Part shown: one piece after another, positions 40,734-52,700 of the stretch
Position numbering within the stretch: position 1 is the stretch's first letter
Layout: each line of letters starts with the position of its first letter
DNA from: Paraspadella gotoi
Lineage: Eukaryota; Animalia; Chaetognatha
Length of the DNA stretch: 64,000 nucleotides
Direction: 5' to 3'
NCBI GenBank assembly: GCA_051294375.1
Contig: CM119264.1
Location: forward strand, 5,749,621-5,813,620
The notes under the pieces: generated by a model
Told to the model about the DNA's origin: nothing
The model's input: the letters and a program-made list of their open reading frames with translations, nothing else
Database searches by the model: none
Position numbers and translations under genes: made by a program

Positions 40734-41050
40734 AATTTTACTTTCGCCGACCGGGCTTAGGGGTTAAGGTTAAGTATAATTTAAGAATGGTTTTAAGTTA
40801 AGAGTGGTTAGGGCTAAAAGGGTTGCTTGACTATGTCCCCTGATCTCTTTTTTCTTTTCCTTTTTTGTTTACGTTTATTGTTGACATAAGATCTTTTTGT
40901 AACCATTCCCGCAATTATTTGTTTGCTCTTTTTTTTTTAAAAAAAGTTGAGTTAATACCCTAAAACTAATAATTTTTATTAATTTTTAAAATAAATATTT
41001 TTAAATTTTTTTTAAAAAAGGCCAAAATCCCGGTCGGCGTAAGTAAAAAT
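40734..41050. mobile_element. MITE/HINE-like element with 20-bp inverted repeats and internal TTAGGG-like array
   Basis: TTTTACTTTCGCCGACCGGG (40736-55) and CCCGGTCGGCGTAAGTAAAA (41029-48) differ by 1 mismatch. Interior has ttagggg ttaagg ttaag..ttaggg units. Confidence 0.55.
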
Positions 41051-41430
41051 TTGGCTTTTTTTTTAATAAACTGATTCTGTTAGTCTCGGAGCAATACAGG
41101 TTTTACGACCTACATTNNNNNNNNNNTTTTTTTTAAAAAGGCCAAAATCCCGGTCGGCGTAAGTAAAATTTTGGCTTTTTTTTATAAACTGATTCTGTTA
41201 GTCTCGGAGCAATACAGATTTTACGACCTACATTAAACATCACTGAATTAGTAAGAAGCTAAAAATACCTTTTTTTGTTTATCACATCAAAATAAAAAGA
41301 AGACTATACAACTTTATCTGGGCATCTATTATCAAATAATAATTATAATAATAATGTAAAGACGTTAAAAACAATGGCCACACAGTATCACAAATCTGGA
41401 AGAAAAACCAGGGATCAGTTGAAGAATTCA

Positions 41431-44161
41431 TTAAGTCATTTCAGTCTTGGATTTGTTTCCGGTTTCTGGAATGCCCACACTGGGCCGACCTCCCACGGCG
41501 ATTTGCCGCTCGGCATCAGCTAGAAGATTCTCCAGTTTTTGAATCTGACTCAAAGATAAACTTAATTTAATCAACATAATTTCAGTAAAATCGAAATATC
41601 TCTGATTAATAAAACGGGAGCAACATATGTAGATCTTAGAAAGCTCTGCATTTACCTTCGGGTAAAAAAGAGTTCCGTAGACTTCGTCAATCGTCTCAGA
41701 AAAGAAGATCTTCTGCAGGTTGGTGTTGAGTTGTTGCCAGACGTGGGTGTAGTTTTGAAGAAGCTCTTTCAAGATGAGAGAAAACTGAAAGCGAAGAGTG
41801 AAATTCGTAAATGAAAATATCATTATGACAAAACTGGCAAAAAAACTCGAAACGTAGCATCCGTAACAATTATTTAGATAAACGAGTTTCTTTTTATTCC
41901 ATTTAATATTAATTCTATTTAATATTAATTCTATTTACTCACCTGTTGAACTCGCCACGGATTCGTGAAGTTCCGTTGAACATGAAAGGGGTTAAACCTG
42001 AATTTGAGAGACGGCTCATCAACTAATACATAACGTCATTATTCATTATGAAAAATACTTGATTGACGCACCATGCCGAAAAGATATCCCGTGAACGAAA
42101 GGCTGAAACTGCGCGTCGAGATTCGCCAGCGAATTCATCGACTCGTAAACTTCTTTTCCGGGAAATGAGATTTGACTGGCAGGCGAAAATTTTCTTTATT
42201 CATTGTATACATTACAAACGAAATAATCTCTTTCCCTCTCCTCACCTATTCGGCGGTAAGACGACGGGGCGAGGAAAGGCCCTGACGGGAATGTCGCCCC
42301 CGAATCCGAGCTGCTGTGAGACTTTGGCCAGGATTTCCGGGGTAAACTCGCCCTGGTGGATGGTGGCGAGGCAGAGAGCGAGGGAAGGCAGCGCCGAGGG
42401 AATCGTTTCGCAGAGTGAAGCGAAGTGGTCGTAACTAAATCGGAAGGGGGGGGGGAGGAGGAATTCGTTAATGTTTATTAATTAGCTTATCTTCTCTCCA
42501 ACTCAACAAACCGTTGCCAGCCCGTGACGGCGACTCCGCTCATTCCGTTCTTGAATTTAGACGCCTCCTTCTCGACGATGGTGAGCCAGGCGAGGTGGTT
42601 CTCCACGTGGTAAGCGATGTCAGTTACGAACTGGACGGGACCGGTGGCGCCTTTGAAGGCGGAGGCGACCCAGACCGTGTCGAAGGTCTGAGCGTACTTG
42701 TCCCACATGTCGGCGGCGAACTCCAGCACGGGAAGATATTTCCAGACCATGGGCTCCACGAACTTGCCGATCTGGGAGTTGACGAGAACGTCGAGGCGGG
42801 CGTCGCGAAACATGTCGTCCCACATGATGAGTTTTACCTAAGTGTATTAATTAATAAATACATAACAAAACATACTGTTGTTTTTATCTTTACTCTATGA
42901 TACCTTTACATCACAATGCAGTAATTTCGAAAATTTGACAAACCTTGGGATATTTTTGTTTGAGAAAAGAGGCGATGCTTATGACGTGATTGAGAAATAG
43001 AGCATCGCGCGCGTCCTGCGTCAAATTTAAGGCGTTGCCCGTCGTCGGGTTGGCGTTGGATTTGGCCCACTCGTTCATCCACTCCTGACAGGCACCGCAA
43101 GCACCTGAATAAACGAGAAGATCTCTGAATATCCAAAAACTGGTTACTTGTCAGCAGCCCACACTCAAGACTCACCCAAGCTCCAAACCTCGTCGGCTCC
43201 AATGTGTAGGTGGGAGATGTCGGGATGAAGCTGCAGCACTTGATCGAGCAAATCTTCGATTAGCGGGAGCGACTTTGGATTCCGCGGGCAGACGGCGAAC
43301 GGCTGCTCCGCCACTTCCCTCAACGACAAAAAATGTTCGTGTTTCAGGACGAATTCAAAATGGCCGAAAGTTTGAATCTGGGGATAAGAAAAAGGTTTGG
43401 CGAGGTTTGTTAACGATTGGGTCCCGAGTTTTATCAAGAAATCCTGAAACGGAAATCGAACCAGAGGGACGACGGTGAGGGAACACTCTTTAGCGATGGT
43501 CAGTATTTTCTGGATGTCAGTGCGACTGTAGGCGTGGGCGCCGGCCAGAGGAGTCAGTTCTCCTCGGTAGGGGAACATGTCTTCGTATTCTGCGGCGGAG
43601 GAAACGAAACAATTTAAAAATCAGGTATCCTCTCTGCAACATGATTTACTTCCGACCCTGACTCACCAATGAGCAGTCCGGTGGCTCCCAGCTGCTTTAA
43701 GAAGGGAAACAGTTGCTCCAGATATTCCAACTTGGGCGGCGCCCCTTTGAGGTCGAGGTGAACCAGTTTTTGAAAAGGATCAGCAGCCATCGTTTTCGCC
43801 TAAAATGTTTTATTTACATGACTATTTCGTAAGACTTAAACACTTAATTTGAAATTTTCATTATTTTTAAATTAGTTATTTTTTTCGCAGCACTTTCAAG
43901 ATTCAAAAAAGTACCCAACCGTGGTTTTCTCCCTCCCATTTCGCCGGTGGTTTAGGCTGTTGGGAGTCCCAACAGCCTAAACCACCGACGAAATCCCGCC
44001 CTCTTAACCCTTTGACGACGGTCGGGAATGGGTTCCACGGAGACGAGTTCTGGTCGCTCCTTCGCGACTGAGTGCAGCCAAAAGAGAACGGCGACGAAGA
44101 TGAGGACGAATGTGACCGAGACAGAGATTAAATGTCGATGCCGGGCGAAGACGATTCTCAT
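41431..44161 (-). CDS. HEXDC: Hexosaminidase D (GH20) with N-terminal signal-anchor, ~564 aa, 11 exons; apparent 1-nt frameshift in exon 8
   Basis: Exons 44161-44009, 43799-43667, 43589-43462, 43377-43176, 43104-42944, 42837-42512, 42434-42246, 42175-42072, 41997-41943, 41784-41656, 41544-41431. Motifs [29 protein letters not shown], catalytic [30 protein letters not shown]. Exon 1 linkage is less certain (GTTAAG donor). Confidence 0.9.
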
Positions 44162-45122
44162 GGTAAAGCGGAAGGAAATGGGATTTTCGAGTCACGGGGT
44201 TGGAGGGGAAACGTTCCGGGCGGAGGCGACGATGATAACGAAAACGAAAACGACGACGACACCCAATCGGTCGACGTCTTTAACAAGTATAAATGATTGT
44301 AAGATTGTATTATCATCGCTCGCGAAAGGTTTTACCTTTTAACTTTAAGCTGCAAAAGAACCAACGAAGACTAATACCGTAACAAGGTTTGCCGGTAACG
44401 AGATTTTTTATTATAATGATGCTGAGAAACGTACCTTAATGCAATTTTTAATATAGAATGGAACTTGTGACCCCTCCCTGAGTATTGCGTAACGTGCAAG
44501 CAATAACATAAAATTTAGCATAACTTAATATCACCAAAATTATACCAGAATTAACGGCATCAATGCCCAAGTACGGACAGAAAAAAGTGTAACAAGTGTA
44601 ATTTAAAAACTTATCAAAGCAGATGCAGTGTGTCCCAATAATAATAAAAGCTTACTGCTCCTATGCTAGATAGAAAAACTTTAATTCATCATGGATAGGC
44701 ACACAAATATGGACCATTTCAGGATACATAAATTTTAAAAATTGAACAAAGCAAACTTCTTTTTTAGTGATTTAAAAAAAATATTTGATTATATATTTTT
44801 TAATATTTAATAGATATTTTTTTAAATATTGATTAAATAATTTTTTAAATCGTTTCCCTAGATGAAGGACAGTAAGAAACAATATCATATTTTTAGCTAC
44901 AGATCATTAAGGCAGTTTTCATTATTATTAAAATTATAATATTTTTTATTGATTTAAAAATAATTTATACAAAAACCACCGCAAACATTTTGTTATTATT
45001 TTACTAATAAAATTGTTTTAAAATAAAAATAATTGAAATCGAAATTATAAAATTTTTTGAAAAAAATTTTTTTTAAAAATTGAATTTGAAATATAGTATT
45101 GGTTCCGCATACNNNNNNNNNN

Positions 45123-45300
45123 TATTATAACATCGTAGATGGAATCGGAATCAAGAATGGAATCGGATCCGCGACTCGGATGAAATCTACCGACTCTCTG
45201 ATTGGATGAATCATCGTCGAAATCGAACCAATGAGAAGACGGGCTTCATGCCATCGGGAAAACTAACCCGTGTCGATGATCCGATTGTAGAGTATAAATA
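45123..45300. mobile_element. Possible palindromic MITE remnant next to a gap
   Basis: TATTATA...TATAATA ends, AATCGGA/TCCGATT subterminal match, internal CTCTGATTGG...CCAATGAGA inverted pair. Confidence 0.35.
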
Positions 45301-45419
45301 CATGACCATTTTGTATCGAATCCATCTGTCTCAAATTCTGAACCCCGTCATTTGCTTATGACTTTCTGAGAATAAAATCCACTTTTTGTTACATGTTTAA
45401 ATCTCTACTTACTTAAATG

Positions 45420-45462
45420 TGGTGGCAGGGGTAGGATTCGAACCCACGCTTCCGAAGAAACT
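45420..45462 (-). pseudogene. 3' half of tRNA-Leu ending in CCA
   Basis: Minus strand reads AGTTTCTTCGGAAGCGTGGGTTCGAATCCTACCCCTGCCA-CCA: long variable arm, T-arm and acceptor 3' strand typical of eukaryotic tRNA-Leu. D-arm and anticodon are absent. Confidence 0.7.
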
Positions 45463-45705
45463 CCAAAGAGATTGTAAGAACTTATCTTTAACATCATTAT
45501 CTCAGAAATAGGATTTAAAAACACAGTTCCGAACGAAATGTTAAAGTTAATTAACAGTACCATTGGGACACACTGTATTTTAAATTGGTAAAGCATAAAA
45601 ATTTCTCGAAATGACTCCAGACTCAAATCAAATACCATTTTCCTTGCGGAGTCTACTAATCAATCAAACGAATCATCCCGAACGCTTAAAAAAAAAATTT
45701 CATTG

Positions 45706-48700
45706 TCATAATGTCTGAAGATCAATGTCCGACAGCTTCAAGTGCTGAAGATTGTTCCTGGGCTCGAAGTAGGTCGTATCCGCTTCGTTATCGAAGGTGG
45801 GGACGAACGGGGGTTTAGTGGTCAGCAGCTCCGACCAATCGGGCAAAGAAGCGAAGAAGGGATGAGCCTTGAGACAGTCCGCTCTCGCTCTCCGCTCTGG
45901 ATCGAGGAGGAGCAAGCTATCGATGCAGTCGCGCGCATCGGGAGATAAAGCCTCGTCCTCTTCCTCCGGCCACTCCATTTTCTTCTCTAGAATGTTTTTA
46001 AAGACGAGTTCCGGAGTTTCATCGTTGAAAGGCGGAACGCCGACGAGAAACTCGTAGAGGCATACCCCCAGCGCCCACCAGTCGCAGGCAGGCTCAGAAT
46101 GCGGCGCCGCGGTGCCACGCAACAGCTCCGGCGCCAAGTAGTCGGGCGTGCCGAGTAGGCGAGATTCCTCGTCGAATTCGGCCGTGTAGCTCTGATGCGG
46201 TGCCTTCCCTCGCAGGTTTTTCGGCGTCCGAAACGGCGTTCGGCACTTGGCCAAATTACGCCGGCCGTATTCCGCGGTTTTCCGCTGGGATAGAAGAAAA
46301 TCCAAGTCGGAGAGAGATCGGCGACCTGGCCGGGCGGATATCGGTGTCCCGGCGGGGCTCGAATCTTGGGAGGACGAGGGCTTTCGCGATCGTTCGCCGT
46401 TGGGCACAGAAAGATCGTCATTTCCCTTCCCGTCCCGCGACGCCGCCGACGGTCCCCCATGGACTCCCTTATCCGCGCCTCCTAAAGAGCTCGCGTTCAC
46501 GGAACATTTGGAGGAAAATCCCAAAGAGGAATCGACGGACACGAATGCACTTGCGTCGCTCTTTTTGTCGAGACGCGAAGACACGTCGACGCCGCGTAAA
46601 GCATCGAAGGAGGCGTCGGCCGTCGGGTGAAGATCGCTCTCGACGATACTGATAAAGTCCGAATAATGTGAGAGCCCTCCCGGAGGCCCCAACGTGAAGG
46701 AGGACGAGGGTGAGCCAATGGGAGAATGAAGGGGCGTGGTCACCGCGTCGCAGGAGTCGACGACGACGTCGATCTCAGTCTCCGTCGTCTTTAACAGCTC
46801 CTCGTCGTCGGAGAGGTTGAGAGGGGGAAACTCGTTGAGGCGCTGGACTTCGTGGCGAAGTAGAGAGGCGACGCGATTCTTGGGCGACGAAGAACTCGTC
46901 GGCGGATGCAACAAACTCGCGTCGTCAGTGTGGGGCGAACGTGGCGTCGTCCCGGAAACCCCGACGTCCTTGGGCGAATCGTGATCGATGAGCGCCGCCA
47001 GCGCCGATATCGGCGAAGGGTGAGTTGAGTTTGCCGCGGCGACACCGTTTCCGCCGCTGCTGCCTCCGACGCTGCCCCCGGAAGTGACGCCACCGCGAGC
47101 GATGATTGGCGGAGTGGAGAAGTCGCAGCTCAAAAACACGCTGTCGCCCGAGGAAAAGTCTGAGGAAACGGGACCAGATCTCTCCAGCGTCGAAGGCCTC
47201 GATTCGTCGGTGGAGACGCCATCGCTGGAGCCGTTCGATCGCGGCAGCGTCCCCGTCGATTCGCGACCCGAAAGCTCTCGGAGACGTGGGTGGGCCGGAG
47301 GGGCCCTCGCGTGAAGGTTGACGAGAAAAAAGGAATCGGTGAGACCGGTGGAGGTCGAGCGAAGGTTTTGATCAAGGGCGAGCGGGCATGGACTCGCCTG
47401 GGCTGTCAAGTTAAATAAAATGAAAAAGAAATCGTAATATGACTGACTGACTTCATTCAGGCAATCCTAATGGCTCAACGGGTGAACTTAGGGTCAAAGC
47501 CAACAAGTGAGATGTCCCACCCGGCTGTTGACATAACTTCCTAGTTGATTGGAATTCGCATACCCGACAAGGAACCGGCCATCGGCAAAGACATGTCCAC
47601 GGATGACTCGTGCGGTGGGGAGAGGGCGTCAGAAAGATCGAGGCAAGTACGGACTCCGGACAAGCCCGACATGGGGCCGAAGGGAGGAACCACACCGGAT
47701 TTCCCGCGAAAGTCAGAGTCGAAGCCGGGAGACGCGTCCAGCATTACGCTCCGAGTTTCTTAAGGAGATTGAAAAAAGAAAGAAGTTAAAAAATAAAAAT
47801 GAATAAGAAAAATGAAAAGGAAAAGTAAACTTACGTACAATAAACTTCAGCTAGAAATATTCCTCCAAAAAACTAAATACGTATTACCATTGAAGGAAGT
47901 CCTTTCGGCAAGAGCGAAGCGCGCCTTTTCAGTCTCCAGATATTGCGGCGCCAAAGCCCTTCGCTCGAACCTTCCCTCTTCTTTGGTTCGCCTCGGCACC
48001 TTCGTACAGCTCCCTCCGCGCCTCGAATCTGAAACGTCCTCGTCAAGCATGGCCTCGGCTGAGCTGCGTTTCCGCGCCGCCGCAATTGCCGGCGACGGCG
48101 CCGCATTCTCGTCGACACCGACTTCAAAGCCGAGGCTAACGTTCATGTTGAGAACGGGGGGCGTGGTGCGCACGAGCTCGGCGATGGACGGCGGGCGGCC
48201 GGAAGGGCGAACCGGAGTCGCTGCCTGATTCCAAGAGTTAAAAGCGAAGGATCACAATATCAAGACCAAGTTTGTCAAGGCGAGTGAAAATGAGAAAAAC
48301 TTACATGGGAATCGGCGAAGGATCCATCCGTGGACATAACAGAAACGTTGTGCTGTGACAATGAAGCCCTTTTTCTCGCCAAATTCTTAAGAAGAAACAA
48401 ATTGTGTCTGTAGATTTTTTGTTTGTTTGTTTGTTTGTTTATTTCTTCTCCAATTTTTTTGGTGCTCCCTACCTGCTTCTCGGCAAGCCTTCCCTCGGAA
48501 TGAACAATGAACTCGCCCGAGTCGGACACGGAGCGGTTGGCGATGGCGGAGGGCGTGCCGGCGCCGGAGACGTTAGTCGAGTGGTGGAGATGCTTTTTCT
48601 TGGCAACGCTGAATGCGAGGGTCGAGGTGAGGGAAAGGATTTGGCCGGGCGTGCGGTGCGGACGATGACGGTGTTCTGACGCGCCAAGGCCCGCCCGTGA

Positions 48701-49568
48701 GGCGTCGTTGCAACTGACGTCCGAGAGGCGAGTGGCGTCGAACCGCTCCGGGGTCTGAAACGTCTCGTTGAGACAACCGACTCGGCCAGGGGCACACTTG
48801 GCCGCGGGCGTCCCCAAAACGTCCTGTATCCTCAGCTGTCTCTTCAAGGCGAGTTTGGAGAGGCCGAAATCGGTGAGTTTGATGTGACCTTCGCGCGTGA
48901 TCAACATGTTGTCCGGTTTGATGTCCCTAAAAAAAACGTGAATGGAATAGGCGTGGTTATTTCATTCGTTGATATTGTGCCAAGAGCTAACTGGCAAGAA
49001 ACTCCCTAACAGACATGGATTTTTCAACGGCACCTGTGCACGATCCCGTGTCCGTGAAGGTAGTCGAGCGCGGAGGCGACTTCCGCCACGTAGACGCGGG
49101 CCAGCGCCTCCTCAAAGTATCCGCAGACGGCGAGGAGAGACTTGACGTCTCCGCCCATCACGTACTCCATGACGAGGAAGACGTGTTTTTTCGTCTGCAG
49201 CGAATAAAAGAGTTTGACCACGAAGGGGGAGTGGCTCTTGGCCAGGGCGTCCCGCTCCGCCTTGACGTGGTTCTGCATGTTCTTGTTCACGAGCTCTTCC
49301 TTCTTCATGATCTTGATGGCAAAGAGACGCCGGTGGTGCTCCGACTCTTTCGTCGACGCGGATTTTTTGCGGCCGAGGAAAACCTGTTGTTGTTGTTATT
49401 GAAAAATTTGCGAGAAATTATGGAACACTCAGCGGGAGGACGAACCTTTCCGAAAGCCCCTCTCGAGATGGGTTTGATGAGCTCGAAATCGTCAATGCTC
49501 GGGAGGAGAGTTTTGGCTGAGAAGTCAGCGGCTGGGGGCGCCATCTCGTCTCCGGGATTCGTCGCCAT
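45706..49568 (-). CDS. MASTL: Greatwall/MASTL AGC-family Ser/Thr kinase, ~1078 aa, 7 exons
   Basis: Exons 49568-49446, 49383-49034, 48926-48473, 48385-48305, 48224-47888, 47758-47564, 47402-45706 (3237 nt in frame). Motifs [46 protein letters not shown], a very long insert, then [19 protein letters not shown] and FEPRN..QHL. Confidence 0.95.
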
Positions 49569-49599
49569 AGTTCTTTCTTTACTTCTAGTTATTTCTCAA

Positions 49600-49700
49600 T
49601 CCAACGCCATTTAAGTACATGTCTGTCTCGTCAAAGATATCATATTTAGTAGTTGAAATCTCTCGCCATTTTGACTCGCGGAACGAATTTCGTGCTTGAA
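49600..49700 (-). promoter_or_regulatory. Candidate MASTL promoter/5' leader
   Basis: Two AAATGGCG YY1-type motifs (plus-strand CGCCATTT at ~49605 and ~49664) and an E2F-like TTCCGCG just upstream of the ATG. Confidence 0.35.
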
Positions 49701-50290
49701 AAAAGTACGTAACTTCATAAAAAATCAGCAAAGTGTAAATAAAATCAATACAAATTATTATAATTTGTAAAAGCCATAAAAAATACTGATTCAGAAATAT
49801 ATACTATATATATATACTATCCCATAGAATGTCATGGCCATTCACTAAGTAATCTTGTTTATTTTTATCGATTCAGATCAAAAATAGTTGGAAAACTGGA
49901 CAAATCCAAGAAACCCACTTCTTTAGTACAATACATACAATGGTTTGAGTCCAACATGGCAATGCACGATCATTAGCGGCTTGATAATACTAATAATTGT
50001 AATAATAAAACTAATCAAGAAGCAATTGACTAGCCAATTTGTTCATTAACAAAGAAAAGACAATACAAAAAAAACAAAAAAACTCGCAAATACGCATAAA
50101 TTTAGTAAAAGCCTAAATTTAAATTTGAACAGGAGAACAAAACCGATGTATTTCATTGATTCATCAATTTTTTTTCTCTTTTGAAAGAGAAGGGAAACCA
50201 AATTGAATATTGTCTGGGCCCTTAGTCATCGACCTTAAGTTTAGAATATTCGGGGAGACATACGGCAAGTGTAAAAAGAATTAGAACCAA

Positions 50291-52358
50291 TCACTCTTTT
50301 TTAATGGCGTCCTCGTATGAAGGCGGGGGCGCGCTCGGCGCCATCCCGGTATTTTGCGCCGCCGAGGAATCGGTGGGTGCTGATGGGTAAGGAGGTACGC
50401 CAGAAGAAGGGTGGTAAGGAGGGACGCCCATGTGGGGAGGGTATTGTTGAGCTCCGGCGACGGGAGGGTAAACTGGAGGATAAGCAGGAGCACCAACGGG
50501 TAGAGGATATTGTCCTGCTCCACCTGAATATGGAGGCAACGGAGCTGAGGGCGCGCTCGGGTAAGGAGACTCTCCGAACGAATACGCGGGAGGATAGGCT
50601 GGAGCGCCCCCAGCCGGTGGGTAAGGACCATCGTCCGGTATTGGCGCCTTTTCTGGGAAGGCCCCGGCGAACGCAGTGGAAGCCATTGGCGCGAATCCGG
50701 ACGCCATGGCACCGCCCCCACTCAAACTCTTCGCCTTGGCCAAATCCGCCGTGGGAATGAAGAAGAGCGAATCGGGATCGCTGACTTCCTTCTCGTCGTC
50801 GTCGTCTTCCACCGTCCGGACAAAACCGTTGACGGCGGCGGTGATCAGAAGAGAATACGACATCTTCTCCATCGCGTGGATGACGTGCATGATGAGCGCC
50901 TTTGTCAAGAATTGTCCCGAGATGAACGGGCTCATGTTCAGCTCGTCCGAGAGGCGCGAAGACAAGTGGTACTCGGCATCAAAGGGTTGACCGTGAAGAT
51001 AACCCAACTCCGTATTCTTAATCGTCCACGCTTCGCCGATGGCGGAGGATAGGGTTTGCCATATTTCCCGGTCTCCGTTGATGAGGCGAATCAAGTCAGG
51101 GCCGACGAGGGCGACGACGACGACGCGGGTAGTCACCGGACAGCATTTGCGGAAGAGGATCGACGAGAGGTTGTGGGTACTGCGGTTGAGGTCGAGAGAA
51201 GTCGTCGCCAACCATCCCTCGGCGGCGAGGCGTTCTAAGACACGCGCCAGAGTCTGGCGGGACACAGTGCTCATCGGGGAAAACGGGTAGGAAAGCCAAG
51301 GGTTTTCGGCGATGCACAGAAGGTCGTAGTGTTGCTTTTGCTGAGTAAAATCTATGCCGTGTGGCCACGCGGCTCTGATAACGTCTTGTATCAGATTGGC
51401 CAGGCGATTGGGCGACGTCAACTCGGACGCCAGAGGATCGCCCACGAACCCGAGCTCTCCGCCCTCGAGGAGACTCATGAGAAAAAACTCGCTAGAAGTC
51501 TCGGAAGTCGCATCCGCTTTAACGAAATAGAGACAGTCCGTCTTTTTTTTTACGCGAAAGTTGACGAGGAGTCGGTAGCCGTCGTCGGCGAGGAACTTGA
51601 TCGCCTCCAACACAACTTTATTGCCCAGCATGGCGTGGTCCTTTTTGGTCCACTTCTCCCACAGGAATTCCTCGAACCCAATGGCGATAACGTCGTCCTC
51701 CAGTTCCTCCACCGTCGGCTTCTCGAAATTCTTTAGGACTTCGACGAATCGCTCGAACTTGGAGCTCCGACGAAGGTTTTGGATGATGAGGCGGTTGTCT
51801 GAGTTTATGCTGACGATGACTGGATCGCTCTTGAAAAAAAGAGCAATAATAAAGATTAGTTTCAGTTAATAAAAGATCAATGTTAACTAAATTGTCAGAT
51901 ATGACGGCCTTTAACACGTATGTTGAATTATGTTCAATTTCTCTCACCCGATCGAAAAGTCCCTCCCTGTCGTGACGAAAAAGAACCGTTGAAACGTCGT
52001 CCATACTCTGCAGGTCGCAGCCAACGAGCGGGACCCAGTCGACGGCGGCGAGGCCGACGAGAAGTTTGCCCATCACCTTCTTGATCATGATAGAGTCTTC
52101 GAAGACACAAGACTCGAAGGGATAGTCTTTCAGTTTAATCTTGTGACAGGCAGGGTTCAACTCGTCCACTTTTTTCACGCCGTACGACCAATGGGTCATG
52201 AAGGCGTCGATGATGATGGCCCGCGCCCGCGGGTTGCAATACGTGAGAAGAACTTTGTCTTTGACGCTCGTCGGTCGTCCCGTCAGGCTCACGGCGAACA
52301 TCGGGGGACGCGATTCGGGGAACGTCGCGTGCTGGAAATGGGAGTAGCCGCTTCCCAT
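50291..52358 (-). CDS. Uncharacterised ~649-aa protein: MGSGYS N-terminus, four ~105-aa tandem domains, Pro/Tyr tail with PSAP and PPxY motifs
   Basis: Exons 52358-51948 and 51829-50291 joined by a phase-0 GT-AG intron (1950 nt). Repeats share the pattern SL..(D).l.....W..Gi....P(W/F)...L...GW....DL....STILF. Confidence 0.85.
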
Positions 52359-52700
52359 TTTGAGGTCGATTCTAATTTCAACTTGTTCTTTTAAACGACA
52401 TCAATGTTTTGACCAAACTGGCAGAGATTTGTTTTTAGTAAACATCATCCAACTCATTGTGGCAACTGAAAATAAGGTGAGAGTTAGTGCACACCAGAAA
52501 TATAACGATAATAATAAAAACTGAAAATAGCCATTAATTATTTCAACAAGAAAATATAAAACACCAATTTGACCGTGTACAAAAAAATTGAACTTGTATG
52601 CAAGAATTAAGCTGCACGCTGTCCAAAAGAAATAAATTTAGTTCAATTGACTAGTAAAGCGTTTTTTTGCCGTTTATAAGCACGAGTTTTTCAAAGACCT

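Noticed and set aside
41005-41235. Second copy of the inverted-repeat end at 41127-41235
   Set aside because: Duplicated across an N-gap; probable scaffold overlap.
45742-47321. Plus-strand and alternate-frame ORFs over the MASTL last exon, and similar ones over other genes
   Set aside because: Shadow ORFs of GC-rich coding sequence with no independent evidence.
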